Assembly (NCBI GenBank): GCA_023954045.1
Contig: JAMLIR010000023.1
Coordinates: 681 to 64,680 of the forward strand
DNA length: 64,000 nt
From: Burkholderiaceae bacterium
GTDB taxonomy: Bacteria; Pseudomonadota; Gammaproteobacteria; Burkholderiales; Burkholderiaceae_E
Direction of reading: 5' to 3'
The notes under the pieces were generated by a model that was not told the DNA's origin, did no database searches, and worked only from the letters and a program-made list of their open reading frames with translations. A program made the translations under genes and the position numbers. Below, in pieces: positions 8,744 to 17,869 of the stretch (the first letter of the stretch is position 1; each line of letters begins with the position of its first letter).

Positions 8744-10279
8744 CTATATCTTCCGGTCCCGGCCGGCCCAGTAGGGATCGCGCAGTTCTCGCTTGAGCGT
8801 CTTGCCGGCCGCGCTGCGCGGGAAGTCCTCCATGATCACGACCTCGGCGACGCGCTGGTAGCGGGCCGCGACGCGCTCGTTGATCCAGTCGCACAACTCG
8901 CCCGCAGTGGCCTGCGCGCCTTCCTCGAGGATCACCGCCGCCACCGGCGTCTCGCCCCACTTGTCGTGCGGCACGCCGAACACCGCCACCTCGCGGATCG
9001 CGGGGTGGCGCGCGGCGATCTCCTCGACGTCCTTCGGATACACCTTCATTCCGCCCGAATCGATCATGTCCTTCTTTCGGTCGACCAGGTGCAGATAGCC
9101 CTCGTCGTCCACGAAGCCCATGTCGCCGGAGTAGAGCCAGCCGTCGCGGATCGCCTGCGCGGTGAGGTCGGGGCGCTTGTAGTAGCCCTGCATCAGGATC
9201 GGGCCGCGGCCGACGATCTCGCCGATCACTCCGGCGGGCAGGTCGCGCCCGTCGTCGCCGACGATCCGCATCTCGAAATACTGCTTCGGCCGCCCGACCG
9301 ATCCGGACTTGCGCACCGCCTCGTCGCGGTCGAGGATGGTGACAAAGCCCTCGGTGAGGCCGTACAGCTCGTAGAACCGGTTCGGCAATTCCGCGTTCAG
9401 GCGGTCCTTGTGCTGCTGAAGCAGCGGCGCGCCGAGCGAGACGATGCATTCGAGCGACGCGAGCCGCTCGGGGCGGTACTGCTTCGAGCCGAGGATTGCG
9501 ATGATCTGCGCCGGCACGAGCATGATGTGGGTGATGCGCTCGCGCTCGATCGTCGCGATCGTCTCCCCGGCGTCGAACTGCTTCAGCAGGACATAGCTGC
9601 CGCCCAGGTAGAAGGTGGGCATCAGCGTCACGTAGGCGCCGTTGAAGACGATCGCTCCGGCGTGGAGCGTGCGCGATTCGGGCGTGAACCGGTAGGCGCA
9701 GGCCATCAGCAGGCAGTACATCGAGCGCACGTAGTGGCTGTGCACGATGCCCTTGGGCAGGCCGGTGGTGCCGCTCGTGTACATGATGTTGAAGAGATCG
9801 TCGGGGCCGCAGCGCTCGGCGACGAACTCGGCTGCCTGCGCCTCGGCGAGCGCGCCATAGTCGCCCATTTCGCCTGCGGCACCGTCGATCAGCAGCACGC
9901 GGCCCGGGAGCAGCGGCGCGAGGTCGGCGCGGATCGCTTCGAGCGTGGACAGCATCGAGCGCTGGCTCACCAGGCACTTCGCGTCCGAGTCGCGCAGCAG
10001 GCTCGCCAGGCCGGAGGGCATCAGCAGCGGGGACAGCGGCACGAGCGCCGCCCCTACGGCCGGCACGGCCCAGATCAGTTCGAGCGCCGCGATCGAGTTG
10101 CCGAGCACCGTGGCGACCTTGTCGCCGCGGCCGATTCCGAGCGAGCGCAGCAGGTTGGCCGCCCGCGCCACGCGCGCGCCGAACTGCGCGTAGGTCAGGC
10201 GCTCGTCGCCGCAGACGACGGCGGTGGCGTCGGCGCGGAAGTGCGCGTGGTGCCCGATCAGCGTGGCGAGCTGCAGCAT
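8744..10279 (-). CDS. AMP-forming acyl-CoA synthetase (class I adenylate-forming enzyme)
   Basis: MYTSGTTGLPKG, YGLTE, SGDMG...DRKKDMI, PRSAAGK. Confidence 0.93.
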   Translation of the reverse strand: MLQLATLIGHHAHFRADATAVVCGDERLTYAQFGARVARAANLLRSLGIGRGDKVATVLGNSIAALELIWAVPAVGAALVPLSPLLMPSGLASLLRDSDAKCLVSQRSMLSTLEAIRADLAPLLPGRVLLIDGAAGEMGDYGALAEAQAAEFVAERCGPDDLFNIMYTSGTTGLPKGIVHSHYVRSMYCLLMACAYRFTPESRTLHAGAIVFNGAYVTLMPTFYLGGSYVLLKQFDAGETIATIERERITHIMLVPAQIIAILGSKQYRPERLASLECIVSLGAPLLQQHKDRLNAELPNRFYELYGLTEGFVTILDRDEAVRKSGSVGRPKQYFEMRIVGDDGRDLPAGVIGEIVGRGPILMQGYYKRPDLTAQAIRDGWLYSGDMGFVDDEGYLHLVDRKKDMIDSGGMKVYPKDVEEIAARHPAIREVAVFGVPHDKWGETPVAAVILEEGAQATAGELCDWINERVAARYQRVAEVVIMEDFPRSAAGKTLKRELRDPYWAGRDRKI

Positions 10280-10545
10280 GTCTTCTCCCTCGCCCGGAAT
10301 CCTCGACGATCCTACGCCTGTTCCTGCGTCATGCCGATGTCCGGGCCTGGGTGATGTCGTCGCGCCCGCCCGACCTGATCGCTGCAGTCGATCGGTGCAC
10401 TCCGTCGATCCGTCGGCCGGGGGAGCGCGAAACAGCAGATAGAACCCGGACGGCTCGCGGGAGGGATCGACCGAGCGCGGAAATGCCTCCCAGCGAAAGG
10501 TCGGCTACCGCTCGGCGACTGCCAGGTCGATGCGGGCCCACCGCG

Positions 10546-11214
10546 TCATCGGGCTGGCTCGAAGACCAGGAAATACTGCCGCGGCAGGAAGCGATGTTCG
10601 TGCGCGAGCGCGAATCCCGCGCGCTTCATCTCCGCGACCACGCGTTCGGCGGGGATTCGCGCCGCCTTCGGCGGCCCCTCCGGGGCATCGGGCAGGAAGT
10701 CGATGATCGCGACGCGTCCGCCCGGTTTCAGCGCCCCGCGCAGCCGCCGGAAATAGTCGATCCGGTCGTCGACGTGGTGATAGACGTCGACCATCAGCAC
10801 CAGGTCGATCCTCGCCGGCAGCTTCGGGTCGCCGGGTTCGCCGGCGACGGCGACCATGTTGTCGCGCTTCTCCCGCTTCGCGCGCTCGGCGAGGTACCGG
10901 ACCATGTCCGGCTCGATGTCGACTGCGTAGACGCGGCCCCGCGGCAGCATGTTGGCCAGTCGCACCGAGAAGTAGCCGGTGCCCGCGCCGATGTCGGCGA
11001 CGACGGCGTCGGGTGCCAGCGCGAGCGCCCCGATCACCTCGTGCGGCTTCTGCCACGCGTCGCGTTGCGGATCGTCGAACACGTGCGCCCAGCGCTCGGC
11101 GCCGCTGAAGCTGTGCTGGTGCGTCGACGGGGATTGAGCCTGCGCTGGGGCCGCGAGAAATGCGATGCAGGCTGCGAAGGCGAGGAAAACGGAAGGCGCG
11201 GCGATTCTGGACAT
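10546..11214 (-). CDS. Class I SAM-dependent methyltransferase with N-terminal signal peptide
   Basis: VADIGAGTGY, VYAVDI, LKPGG; N-terminus MSRIAAPSVFLAFAACIAFLAAPAQA. Confidence 0.85.
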   Translation of the reverse strand: MSRIAAPSVFLAFAACIAFLAAPAQAQSPSTHQHSFSGAERWAHVFDDPQRDAWQKPHEVIGALALAPDAVVADIGAGTGYFSVRLANMLPRGRVYAVDIEPDMVRYLAERAKREKRDNMVAVAGEPGDPKLPARIDLVLMVDVYHHVDDRIDYFRRLRGALKPGGRVAIIDFLPDAPEGPPKAARIPAERVVAEMKRAGFALAHEHRFLPRQYFLVFEPAR

Positions 11215-11319
11215 GGTTCGGTTCGTTTGGCGCGCGCTACTGTACCGCGACAGTGTCCGCAGCACGCCGTGCCGCGCGGCCAAGGGAACCCCGATACGAT
11301 ACGCGCTCACCGGCCGATC

Positions 11320-12540
11320 ATGCCCCACGCCGACTCCGACCTCTCCCGCCCGCTGCGCCTGCTAGGCCTCGCCGCCTTCGCCAGCGCCGCGTCGATGCGC
11401 TGGTGCGATGCGCTGCTGCCCGTGCTGTCGGACGATTTCTCGGTCACCGCAGGCCAGAGCGCGCAGGTCGTCTACGCGTTCGCGATCGCCTATGGCGTGA
11501 TGCAGCTGGTCTACGGACCGCTGGGCGACCGGCTCGGCAAGTACACGGTGGTGTCGTTCGCCGTGCTGGCCTGCACCGTGGGCGCGATGGGCTCGGCGCT
11601 GGCGCCCGGGCTGGGCTGGCTGACGCTGGCGCGCGTGGTGAACGGCGCCGCGGCGGCCGGCGTGATCCCGCTCGCGATGGCCTGGGTCGGCGACAACGTG
11701 CCGTACGAGCGACGCCAGCCGGTGCTCGCGCGCCTGATGGGCTCGATGGTGCTCGGGGTCATCGCCGGGCAGTGGCTGTCGGGCGTCTTCGCGGACACGC
11801 TGGGGTGGCGCTACGGCTTCGTCGGCGTCGCGTTGCTGTTCGCCACGACCGGCGTCGCGATGCGCGTGGCCGCGCGCGCCGGCGATTCGACGCCCGCGGA
11901 CCCGGCCGACGCCCCGCCCGGTGCCGACTTCGCAGGCGTCTCCAACCTCGAGCGGATGCGCCGCGTCGTGCGCGATCGGCACGCCCGGCTGATCCTGGCG
12001 ATCACCGCGGTCGAGGGCGGGTGCGCGTTCAGCGCGATGGCCTTCGCGCCGAGCCACCTGCACGAGCGCTTCGGGATCGCGGTCTCGTCGGCCGGCGCGA
12101 TCCTGGCGCTCTACGGCGCCGGCGGCTACCTGTACAGCCGCAGCGTCCACTGGTTGCTCGCGCGGATGGGCCCGCTCGCGATGGCGCGCGCGGGCGGCCT
12201 GCTCGCCGGCCTGTCGTGGCTGCTGTTCGCGCTGGCGCCGGGTTGGATCTGGACGCTGCCGCTGTGCCTGGGATCGGGGATGGGCTTCTACATGATCCAC
12301 AACACGCTGCAGACGCAGGCCACGCAGATGTCGCCCGGGCAGCGCGGCACGGCGGTCTCGCTGTTCGCGTTCGCGCTGTTCTCCGGGCAGTCGGTGGGGA
12401 CGGGCATCGCGTCGCTCTTCGTCGACGCGCTTTCGACCGGTGCGGTGCTGGCCGCATGCGGTGCCGGCCTGGTACTGCTCGGCTTCGTCGTCGCGAAGAT
12501 CGAACCCGGGGCGGACCCGGCGACGCGGGCCGCCCGTTGA
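11320..12540 (+). CDS. MFS transporter (YnfM-like)
   Basis: GPLGDRLGK MFS motif A; about 12 TM segments. Confidence 0.88.
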   Translation: MPHADSDLSRPLRLLGLAAFASAASMRWCDALLPVLSDDFSVTAGQSAQVVYAFAIAYGVMQLVYGPLGDRLGKYTVVSFAVLACTVGAMGSALAPGLGWLTLARVVNGAAAAGVIPLAMAWVGDNVPYERRQPVLARLMGSMVLGVIAGQWLSGVFADTLGWRYGFVGVALLFATTGVAMRVAARAGDSTPADPADAPPGADFAGVSNLERMRRVVRDRHARLILAITAVEGGCAFSAMAFAPSHLHERFGIAVSSAGAILALYGAGGYLYSRSVHWLLARMGPLAMARAGGLLAGLSWLLFALAPGWIWTLPLCLGSGMGFYMIHNTLQTQATQMSPGQRGTAVSLFAFALFSGQSVGTGIASLFVDALSTGAVLAACGAGLVLLGFVVAKIEPGADPATRAAR

Positions 12541-12577
12541 GCCTGCGCGCACGCCGCTTGCCGCCCCGGGGCTCTTG

Positions 12578-12597
12578 GATAATAATGCGTCTCAATT
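12578..12597. promoter_or_regulatory. Possible Fur-box-like site
   Basis: GATAATAATGCGTCTCAATT, an AT-rich island resembling the 7-1-7 TGATAAT-N-ATTATCA; right half degenerate. Confidence 0.35.
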
Positions 12598-12614
12598 AGA
12601 TCAGGGGGCTCCGG

Positions 12615-13397
12615 ATGGACGTCAAGCGAATCGTCGCCTTTCGCTGCGCGGTTGCGCTGTGGCTCGCAATGGCGGGCTTCGGCGTGTACGCAGCGCCCGA
12701 CGAGATCCAGGTCTACACCGAGGAGCTGGACGAGCCGGGCGAATCCGGCGTCGAACTGCACCTGAACCACGTACCGTCCGGGCGCACGAAGCCGACGTAT
12801 CCGGGCGAGTCGCAATCGGCGCACCGCATGCAGGTCACGCCGGAGTTCTCGTACGGGCTGACCCGGACGCTCGAAGCAGGGCTCTATCTTCCGGTGGCCA
12901 TCGGCTCCGACACCGGACTCGTCGACAACGGCATCCGCTTCCGCCTCAAGTTCATCGCGCCGCGCGCGCCGACGCAGAAGTTCTTCTGGGGGCTGAACGG
13001 CGAACTGGGCTGGTATGCGCGCCGCACGAGCGAGAGTCGCCGGGCGATGGAGTTTCGCCCGATCATCGGCTGGCGCGACAACGGCTGGCTCGTCAGCTTC
13101 AACCCGATCCTCGACGTCGAACTGTCGGGCGGCCAGAGCCACAAGCCGTCCTTCGATCCCGCGCTGAAGATCGCGCGCGCGATCCGCGGCGACACGATGC
13201 TCGGCGTCGAGTATTACTCGGAGTTCGGACCGCTCGGCGACTTCCACCCAGCGCGCGAGCGTCCGACCTACGTCTATGCGGTGATCGACACCGCGATCGC
13301 CGCGGGCGTCGACCTGAACTTCGGGGTGGGGCGGGGATCGAGAGGGGCGGAAGATCGCTGGGTCCTGAAGGCGATCGTGTCGATGGCCTTCGAGTGA
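12615..13397 (+). CDS. Exported hypothetical protein, probable outer-membrane beta-barrel
   Basis: Signal peptide, DEIQVY N-terminus, alternating beta-strand pattern, aromatic penultimate residue. Confidence 0.65.
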   Translation: MDVKRIVAFRCAVALWLAMAGFGVYAAPDEIQVYTEELDEPGESGVELHLNHVPSGRTKPTYPGESQSAHRMQVTPEFSYGLTRTLEAGLYLPVAIGSDTGLVDNGIRFRLKFIAPRAPTQKFFWGLNGELGWYARRTSESRRAMEFRPIIGWRDNGWLVSFNPILDVELSGGQSHKPSFDPALKIARAIRGDTMLGVEYYSEFGPLGDFHPARERPTYVYAVIDTAIAAGVDLNFGVGRGSRGAEDRWVLKAIVSMAFE

Positions 13398-13459
13398 GCG
13401 CAAGCCGGGTTACGATCCGCGCGAGGGTCGGGAACGCAGCGCGACATGGGAACCCCACG

Positions 13460-14257
13460 ATGCAGAACGACGAAATCCGCGACGCGGTGCGCGCGGTGAT
13501 CGGATCGGTCGCGCCCGGCGCCGACCTGCAGGCACTGCGTCCCGACCGGCTGCTGCGCGAGCAGATCGACCTCGACTCGATGGACTGGCTCAACGTGCTG
13601 GCCGCGCTGCAGGAGCGGCTGGCGATCGCGATCCCCGAGCCGGACTACGGCCGCCTCGGCACGCTCGATGCGATCGTCGCCTACGTGGCCGATCGCCGGT
13701 CGAATCCCACCGCCGATGCGGCGGGCGTGGCCGTGGCGCCCGATGTATCGCCGCCCGAAGCCGATCATCGGATCGACGGCGTGCGTGTCGCGCTGCGCCC
13801 GATCCGCCCGGACGATGCGGCGCGCGAACGCGATTTCATCCGCGCGCTCTCCGACGAAACCCGCTACCAGCGGTTCATGGCCACCGTCGGCGAGATGCCG
13901 CCGTCGCAGTTGCGCACGCTGACGAACGTCGACCAGCGGCGCGACCTGGCGCTGGCCGCGACCGTCGATCGCGACGGGGCGGAAGTCTTCGTCGGCGTCG
14001 CGCGCTTCGGCGTCGACACGACCGGCGCCGGCTGCGAGTTCGCGGTCGTGGTGTCCGACGACTGGCACGGCACGGGCCTGGCGGGCATCCTGATGCAGGC
14101 GCTGATCGACGTCGCGCGGCGCCGCGGGCTGCGCACGATGGAGGGCTTCGTGCTGGCGACGAACAGCCGGATGCTCAAGCTCGCGCGCCAGCTCGGGTTC
14201 AGGCAGCTGCCCGACGCGGAGAGCCGCGAGACGGTGCGGGTCGTCCGCAACCTCTGA
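13460..14257 (+). CDS. Acyl carrier protein - GNAT acetyltransferase fusion
   Basis: N-terminal LREQIDLDSMDWLNV (phosphopantetheine Ser motif); C-terminal LRPIRPDD...RYQRF...EFAVVVSDDWHGTGLA...NSRMLKL (Pat-type GNAT). Confidence 0.85.
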   Translation: MQNDEIRDAVRAVIGSVAPGADLQALRPDRLLREQIDLDSMDWLNVLAALQERLAIAIPEPDYGRLGTLDAIVAYVADRRSNPTADAAGVAVAPDVSPPEADHRIDGVRVALRPIRPDDAARERDFIRALSDETRYQRFMATVGEMPPSQLRTLTNVDQRRDLALAATVDRDGAEVFVGVARFGVDTTGAGCEFAVVVSDDWHGTGLAGILMQALIDVARRRGLRTMEGFVLATNSRMLKLARQLGFRQLPDAESRETVRVVRNL

Positions 14258-14282
14258 CAGGACGGCGGCCTGGGGAGCGCGG

Positions 14283-14834
14283 CTACGACGACTCGCGTTC
14301 GGCGCGCGCGGCCCTGCGGCGAGGCTTCGTCGCGGCACCGGAAGCGCCGACAGGCGGTCCACCCTCGGCGGTCTCGTCGCGCAGGTGCGCGATCAACCGA
14401 TCGATCATCGTCCTCAGGGCCGCCGCCTCGCTGTCGCTGAGAACGGCGCGCACCATGTCTTCGCGCGCTTGTGCACTGGGCGCGATCAGGGCAAACAGCG
14501 CCTGGCCGCGTCGCGACAACCGCAGCATCGAGCGCCGGCGGTCCGCGGGGTCGACCGCACGCAGCACGCGTCCCTGGCGAACCAGCCGTGCGACGCTGCG
14601 GCTGACGTTCATCACGTGCAGGCCGCTCCAGTCCGAGATTTCGGTCGCCGTGGTGCCGGGTCGCGCGGCCAGCGCCATCATGACGCGCCACTCGGTCAGC
14701 GACAGGTCGTAGCGCGTGCCGAAGCGCTCCTGGAACGGTCTCGCCAGCAGGTTGACCAGGCGCAGCAGTCGGTAGATCAGCGCCCGGTCGTCGAGCATCG
14801 ACTTCGCAGCCTTCGCCTGGGGCAGGGCATTCAT
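14283..14834 (-). CDS. MarR-family regulator
   Basis: LSLTEWRVM, VSRSVARL, DPADRRRSMLRLS. Confidence 0.92.
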   Translation of the reverse strand: MNALPQAKAAKSMLDDRALIYRLLRLVNLLARPFQERFGTRYDLSLTEWRVMMALAARPGTTATEISDWSGLHVMNVSRSVARLVRQGRVLRAVDPADRRRSMLRLSRRGQALFALIAPSAQAREDMVRAVLSDSEAAALRTMIDRLIAHLRDETAEGGPPVGASGAATKPRRRAARAERESS

Positions 14835-14870
14835 TGTTGCAGTGCGTATAGACCGGGGTTCGGCTAGATA

Positions 14871-14884
14871 TTAACGTTTGTTAA
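14871..14884. promoter_or_regulatory. Palindrome, probable MarR operator
   Basis: TTAAC-GTTT-GTTAA in an AT-rich spacer between marR and the dehydrogenase operon. Confidence 0.6.
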
Positions 14885-14887
14885 CAC

Positions 14888-15676
14888 TTGGCGATGGCGA
14901 TACCCGTGCGCGACCATCCGGTTTCTCCCGACGCGACGACCAGGCAGGTGCCGCAGGCGCGCGTCGCCAGGCTCGGGCCGATGCAGCGCATCGCTGCCGC
15001 ACACCTTTCGAAGAGCCATCTGGAGACGGCGCCGATCACGCTGCTCGGCGAGGTCGAAGTCGATGCGTTGGTCGCGCTGCGCGAGGCGCTGAATAGCCGC
15101 GCCGCGCGCGGCGCCGGCCCGCACGTCAGCCTGACGGCGCTGCTGGCGAAGATCGTCGCGCAGGCATTGTGCGCGCACCCGGCACTGAACTGCACCTTCG
15201 TCGACGGCGAGGTTCGTACTTCCGACGCGGTCCACATGGGCGTCGCTCTGTCGATGCCCGACGACAACCTCGTCGTCCCGGTCGTGCGCGACGTCGGGCG
15301 ACGCACGCTTTACGAGGTGGCGGACGCGCTTGCCGAAGTCGGCGCCCGCGCGAAGGCAGGCCGCTTGACTCTCGAAGACGTTCGGGGCGCCACGTTCACG
15401 CTGACCAACCCCGGCGGCTTGCGAAGCGCGCAGTGGTCGACGCCGATCATCGCGCTGCCTCAGTGCGCGATCCTCGGCGTCGGCGCCCTGAAGCGCAAGC
15501 CGGTGGTGCGCGACGGAGACGTGGTGCCCGCATGGGTCCTGCCGACCAGCCTGACCGTCGACCATCGCGTGGTCAACGGCGTGCCGGCCCAGCGGTTCGT
15601 CGACACCCTCTACGCGCTGCTCGCTGCGCCGGAGACGGCAGACCTCGGAACCTCGAATCGGGAAGGAGCGCAATGA
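14888..15676 (+). CDS. 2-oxoacid dehydrogenase E2 acyltransferase, catalytic domain only
   Basis: ATFTLTNPG, TPII...AILGVG, LTVDHRVVNG; no lipoyl domain; start may be ATG 14894. Confidence 0.88.
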   Translation: MAMAIPVRDHPVSPDATTRQVPQARVARLGPMQRIAAAHLSKSHLETAPITLLGEVEVDALVALREALNSRAARGAGPHVSLTALLAKIVAQALCAHPALNCTFVDGEVRTSDAVHMGVALSMPDDNLVVPVVRDVGRRTLYEVADALAEVGARAKAGRLTLEDVRGATFTLTNPGGLRSAQWSTPIIALPQCAILGVGALKRKPVVRDGDVVPAWVLPTSLTVDHRVVNGVPAQRFVDTLYALLAAPETADLGTSNREGAQ

Positions 15677-15912
15677 GCATCGAAGTGAAGATGCCCGACT
15701 TCGGCGGCGATGCCCAGGAGGCGACGATCGTCGCATGGCACAAGCAGCCCGGCGACAAGGTGGCGTCCGGCGAGCTTCTCGTAGAGGTCATGACCGACAA
15801 GGTGAATGTCGAGGTCGAGGCGCCGGCAGCCGGCGTCATCGTCGAGATCCTTCACGCGGCGGACGAGACAGTCGCGACCGGAGTGGTGATCGCCCGCATC
15901 GATGCAGCCTGA
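15673..15912 (+). CDS. Stand-alone lipoyl domain
   Basis: EVMTDKV lipoyl-Lys motif; 79 aa; GGAAGGAG RBS. Confidence 0.9.
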   Translation: MSIEVKMPDFGGDAQEATIVAWHKQPGDKVASGELLVEVMTDKVNVEVEAPAAGVIVEILHAADETVATGVVIARIDAA

Positions 15913-15924
15913 CGGAGGAACCAG

Positions 15925-16878
15925 ATGAGCGCGCGCGACGAGACCTGGCTTGCGCTGTACCGGCTGATGCTGGTCGTCCGGGAGGCCGACCGGGTCATCG
16001 GTGAGATCGATGGCCACTGGCACCCTGCGCTCGGCGAGGAGGCGGTCATCGCAGGTTGCTACCATGGCCTGCGCGCCGACGACGTCGTGGCGCCGCACTA
16101 TCGCGGCATGCTGGGTGCGTCGTATGCGCGAGGCGCCGACTTGCGGCGGCTGTTCGCCGGCCTCGACGGCAGGGCGACCAGCCACACGCGCGGGCGCTAC
16201 CGCTCAGACGTCTGCGGCCCCATCGAGGCCGGGGTGATCGGGCTCTACTCCGGGGCCCTGGGGCCGCCGATCGAGTATGCGGCCGGCGCGGCGCTGGCTG
16301 CCAAACTCGACGGCAAGGGCGCAGTGGCGTTGGCGGTATTCGGCGACGGCTCGGCCAGCCGCGGCAATTTCCACGAGGCGGTGAACCTCGGCGCGGTGCT
16401 TCGGCTGCCGGTCGTCTTCGTCTGCCAGAACAACCAGTACGCGATCTCGACACCGTCCGGATCGGAGCATGGCGGCAGCATCGTCGATCGCGCGCCGGGC
16501 TACGGAATTCCCGGCGTTCGCGTCGACGGAAACGACGTCGTCGCGATGCACGGGGCGGTCCAGTCGGCAATCGCGCGGGCGCGCGCAGGCGGCGGCCCGA
16601 CCCTTCTGGAGGCGTTCACCTATCGCCTCGGCGGCCACATGAGCGCCGATCCCGCGCCGTACCGATCCAGCAGCGAGGTCGAAGAGTGGGCCGGACGCGA
16701 TCCGTTGGTGCGGCACGAAGCGAGGCTTGCGGCAGAGGGAATCCTCGACGGGCAGGGCGCGGCGCGGCTGCAACAGGAGGTGGCGCGGGAAGTCGCGCAG
16801 GCCATGGCGCAGGCGCGCGAAGATCCGATGCCGGACGCCACTGTGCTGGGGCTCGATCGCGTGTTCGCGGGAGCGTGA
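15925..16878 (+). CDS. TPP-dependent dehydrogenase E1 alpha (acetoin/pyruvate dehydrogenase-like)
   Basis: FGDGSASRGNFHEAVN TPP motif, QNNQYAIST, VDGND, TYRLGGH. Confidence 0.9.
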   Translation: MSARDETWLALYRLMLVVREADRVIGEIDGHWHPALGEEAVIAGCYHGLRADDVVAPHYRGMLGASYARGADLRRLFAGLDGRATSHTRGRYRSDVCGPIEAGVIGLYSGALGPPIEYAAGAALAAKLDGKGAVALAVFGDGSASRGNFHEAVNLGAVLRLPVVFVCQNNQYAISTPSGSEHGGSIVDRAPGYGIPGVRVDGNDVVAMHGAVQSAIARARAGGGPTLLEAFTYRLGGHMSADPAPYRSSSEVEEWAGRDPLVRHEARLAAEGILDGQGAARLQQEVAREVAQAMAQAREDPMPDATVLGLDRVFAGA

Positions 16879-16879
16879 G

Positions 16880-17854
16880 ATGGCGCGACTTACGATGCAG
16901 CAGGCAGTCGTCAGCGGAATCGCCGAGGAGATGCGGCGCGACCGCAACGTCTTCATCATGGGCCTGGACATCGGCCGCTTCGGCGGCCCCCTGAATTCGT
17001 GCAAGGGGCTCTGGGAGGAGTTCGGCTCCGAGCGGGTCATCGACACGCCGATCTCCGAGGGCGGGGTCGTCGGACTGGGGGTCGGCGCCGCGCTGATGGG
17101 CAAGCGCCCCATCGTCGACATCATGTTCCTGGAGTACCTGGGGCTGGTGCTGCAGCAGGTCGGTTGCGACGCCGGTGCCATGCACTACTACTCCGACGGC
17201 AAGGCGCGGGTGCCGCTCGTGGTCCGAGCGAAATACGGCGTCGGCCCGTACCACGGCCATGCCTACGACTATCACGCATGGGTCGCGCACGTGCCTGGCG
17301 TCAAGGTCGCGATTCCTTCGAATGCGCGCGACGCCAAGGGGATGATCAAGGCGGCGATCCGCGACGACAACCCGGTGATGTTCCTGGAGCACATGGGGCT
17401 GTACCACGGCACGCGCGACGAGATCCCGGATGGCGATGTCGTGACGCCGCTGGGGCAGGCGGCGGTCTTGCGCGAGGGCAGCGCCGTGACGCTGGTCGCC
17501 ATCGGCGCGATGGTCAAGCGCGCGATGCAGGCGGCCGCGATCCTTGCAGCCGAGGGCGTCGAAGCCGAAGTCATCGACCTGCGAACGATCGTGCCGCTGG
17601 ATACGGGCACCGTGCTGGAGTCGGTCGCCAGGACCGGCCGACTCGTCGTGGTCACCGAGTCGGTGCGGTTCTGCGGATCGGCGGGCGAGGTGGCCGCGAT
17701 CGTTGCCGAGGAGGCGTTCCGGTCGCTGAAGGCCCCGATCGAGCGCCTCGGAATGCCCAGCGTTCCGATCCCCTTCGCGCGCAACCTCGAGAAGATGCTC
17801 GTTCCGGACGAGAACGCGATCGTGGCGGCGGCGCGACGCACGCTGGCGGCCTGA
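16880..17854 (+). CDS. TPP-dependent dehydrogenase E1 beta
   Basis: RVIDTPISE, DNPVMFLEH, EVIDLRTIVPLD. Confidence 0.92.
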   Translation: MARLTMQQAVVSGIAEEMRRDRNVFIMGLDIGRFGGPLNSCKGLWEEFGSERVIDTPISEGGVVGLGVGAALMGKRPIVDIMFLEYLGLVLQQVGCDAGAMHYYSDGKARVPLVVRAKYGVGPYHGHAYDYHAWVAHVPGVKVAIPSNARDAKGMIKAAIRDDNPVMFLEHMGLYHGTRDEIPDGDVVTPLGQAAVLREGSAVTLVAIGAMVKRAMQAAAILAAEGVEAEVIDLRTIVPLDTGTVLESVARTGRLVVVTESVRFCGSAGEVAAIVAEEAFRSLKAPIERLGMPSVPIPFARNLEKMLVPDENAIVAAARRTLAA

Positions 17855-17869
17855 GAACCGGAGGCCGTC

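Noticed and set aside
10280-10545. Nested stems in the 266-bp gap upstream of the acyl-CoA synthetase (GTCGATCC/GGATCGAC, CCGGG/CCCGG, CCGAGCG/CGCTCGG) as a possible riboswitch or sRNA
   Set aside because: Stems of 5-8 bp are expected by chance at this GC content, and I recognise no Rfam motif; an Infernal search would be needed.
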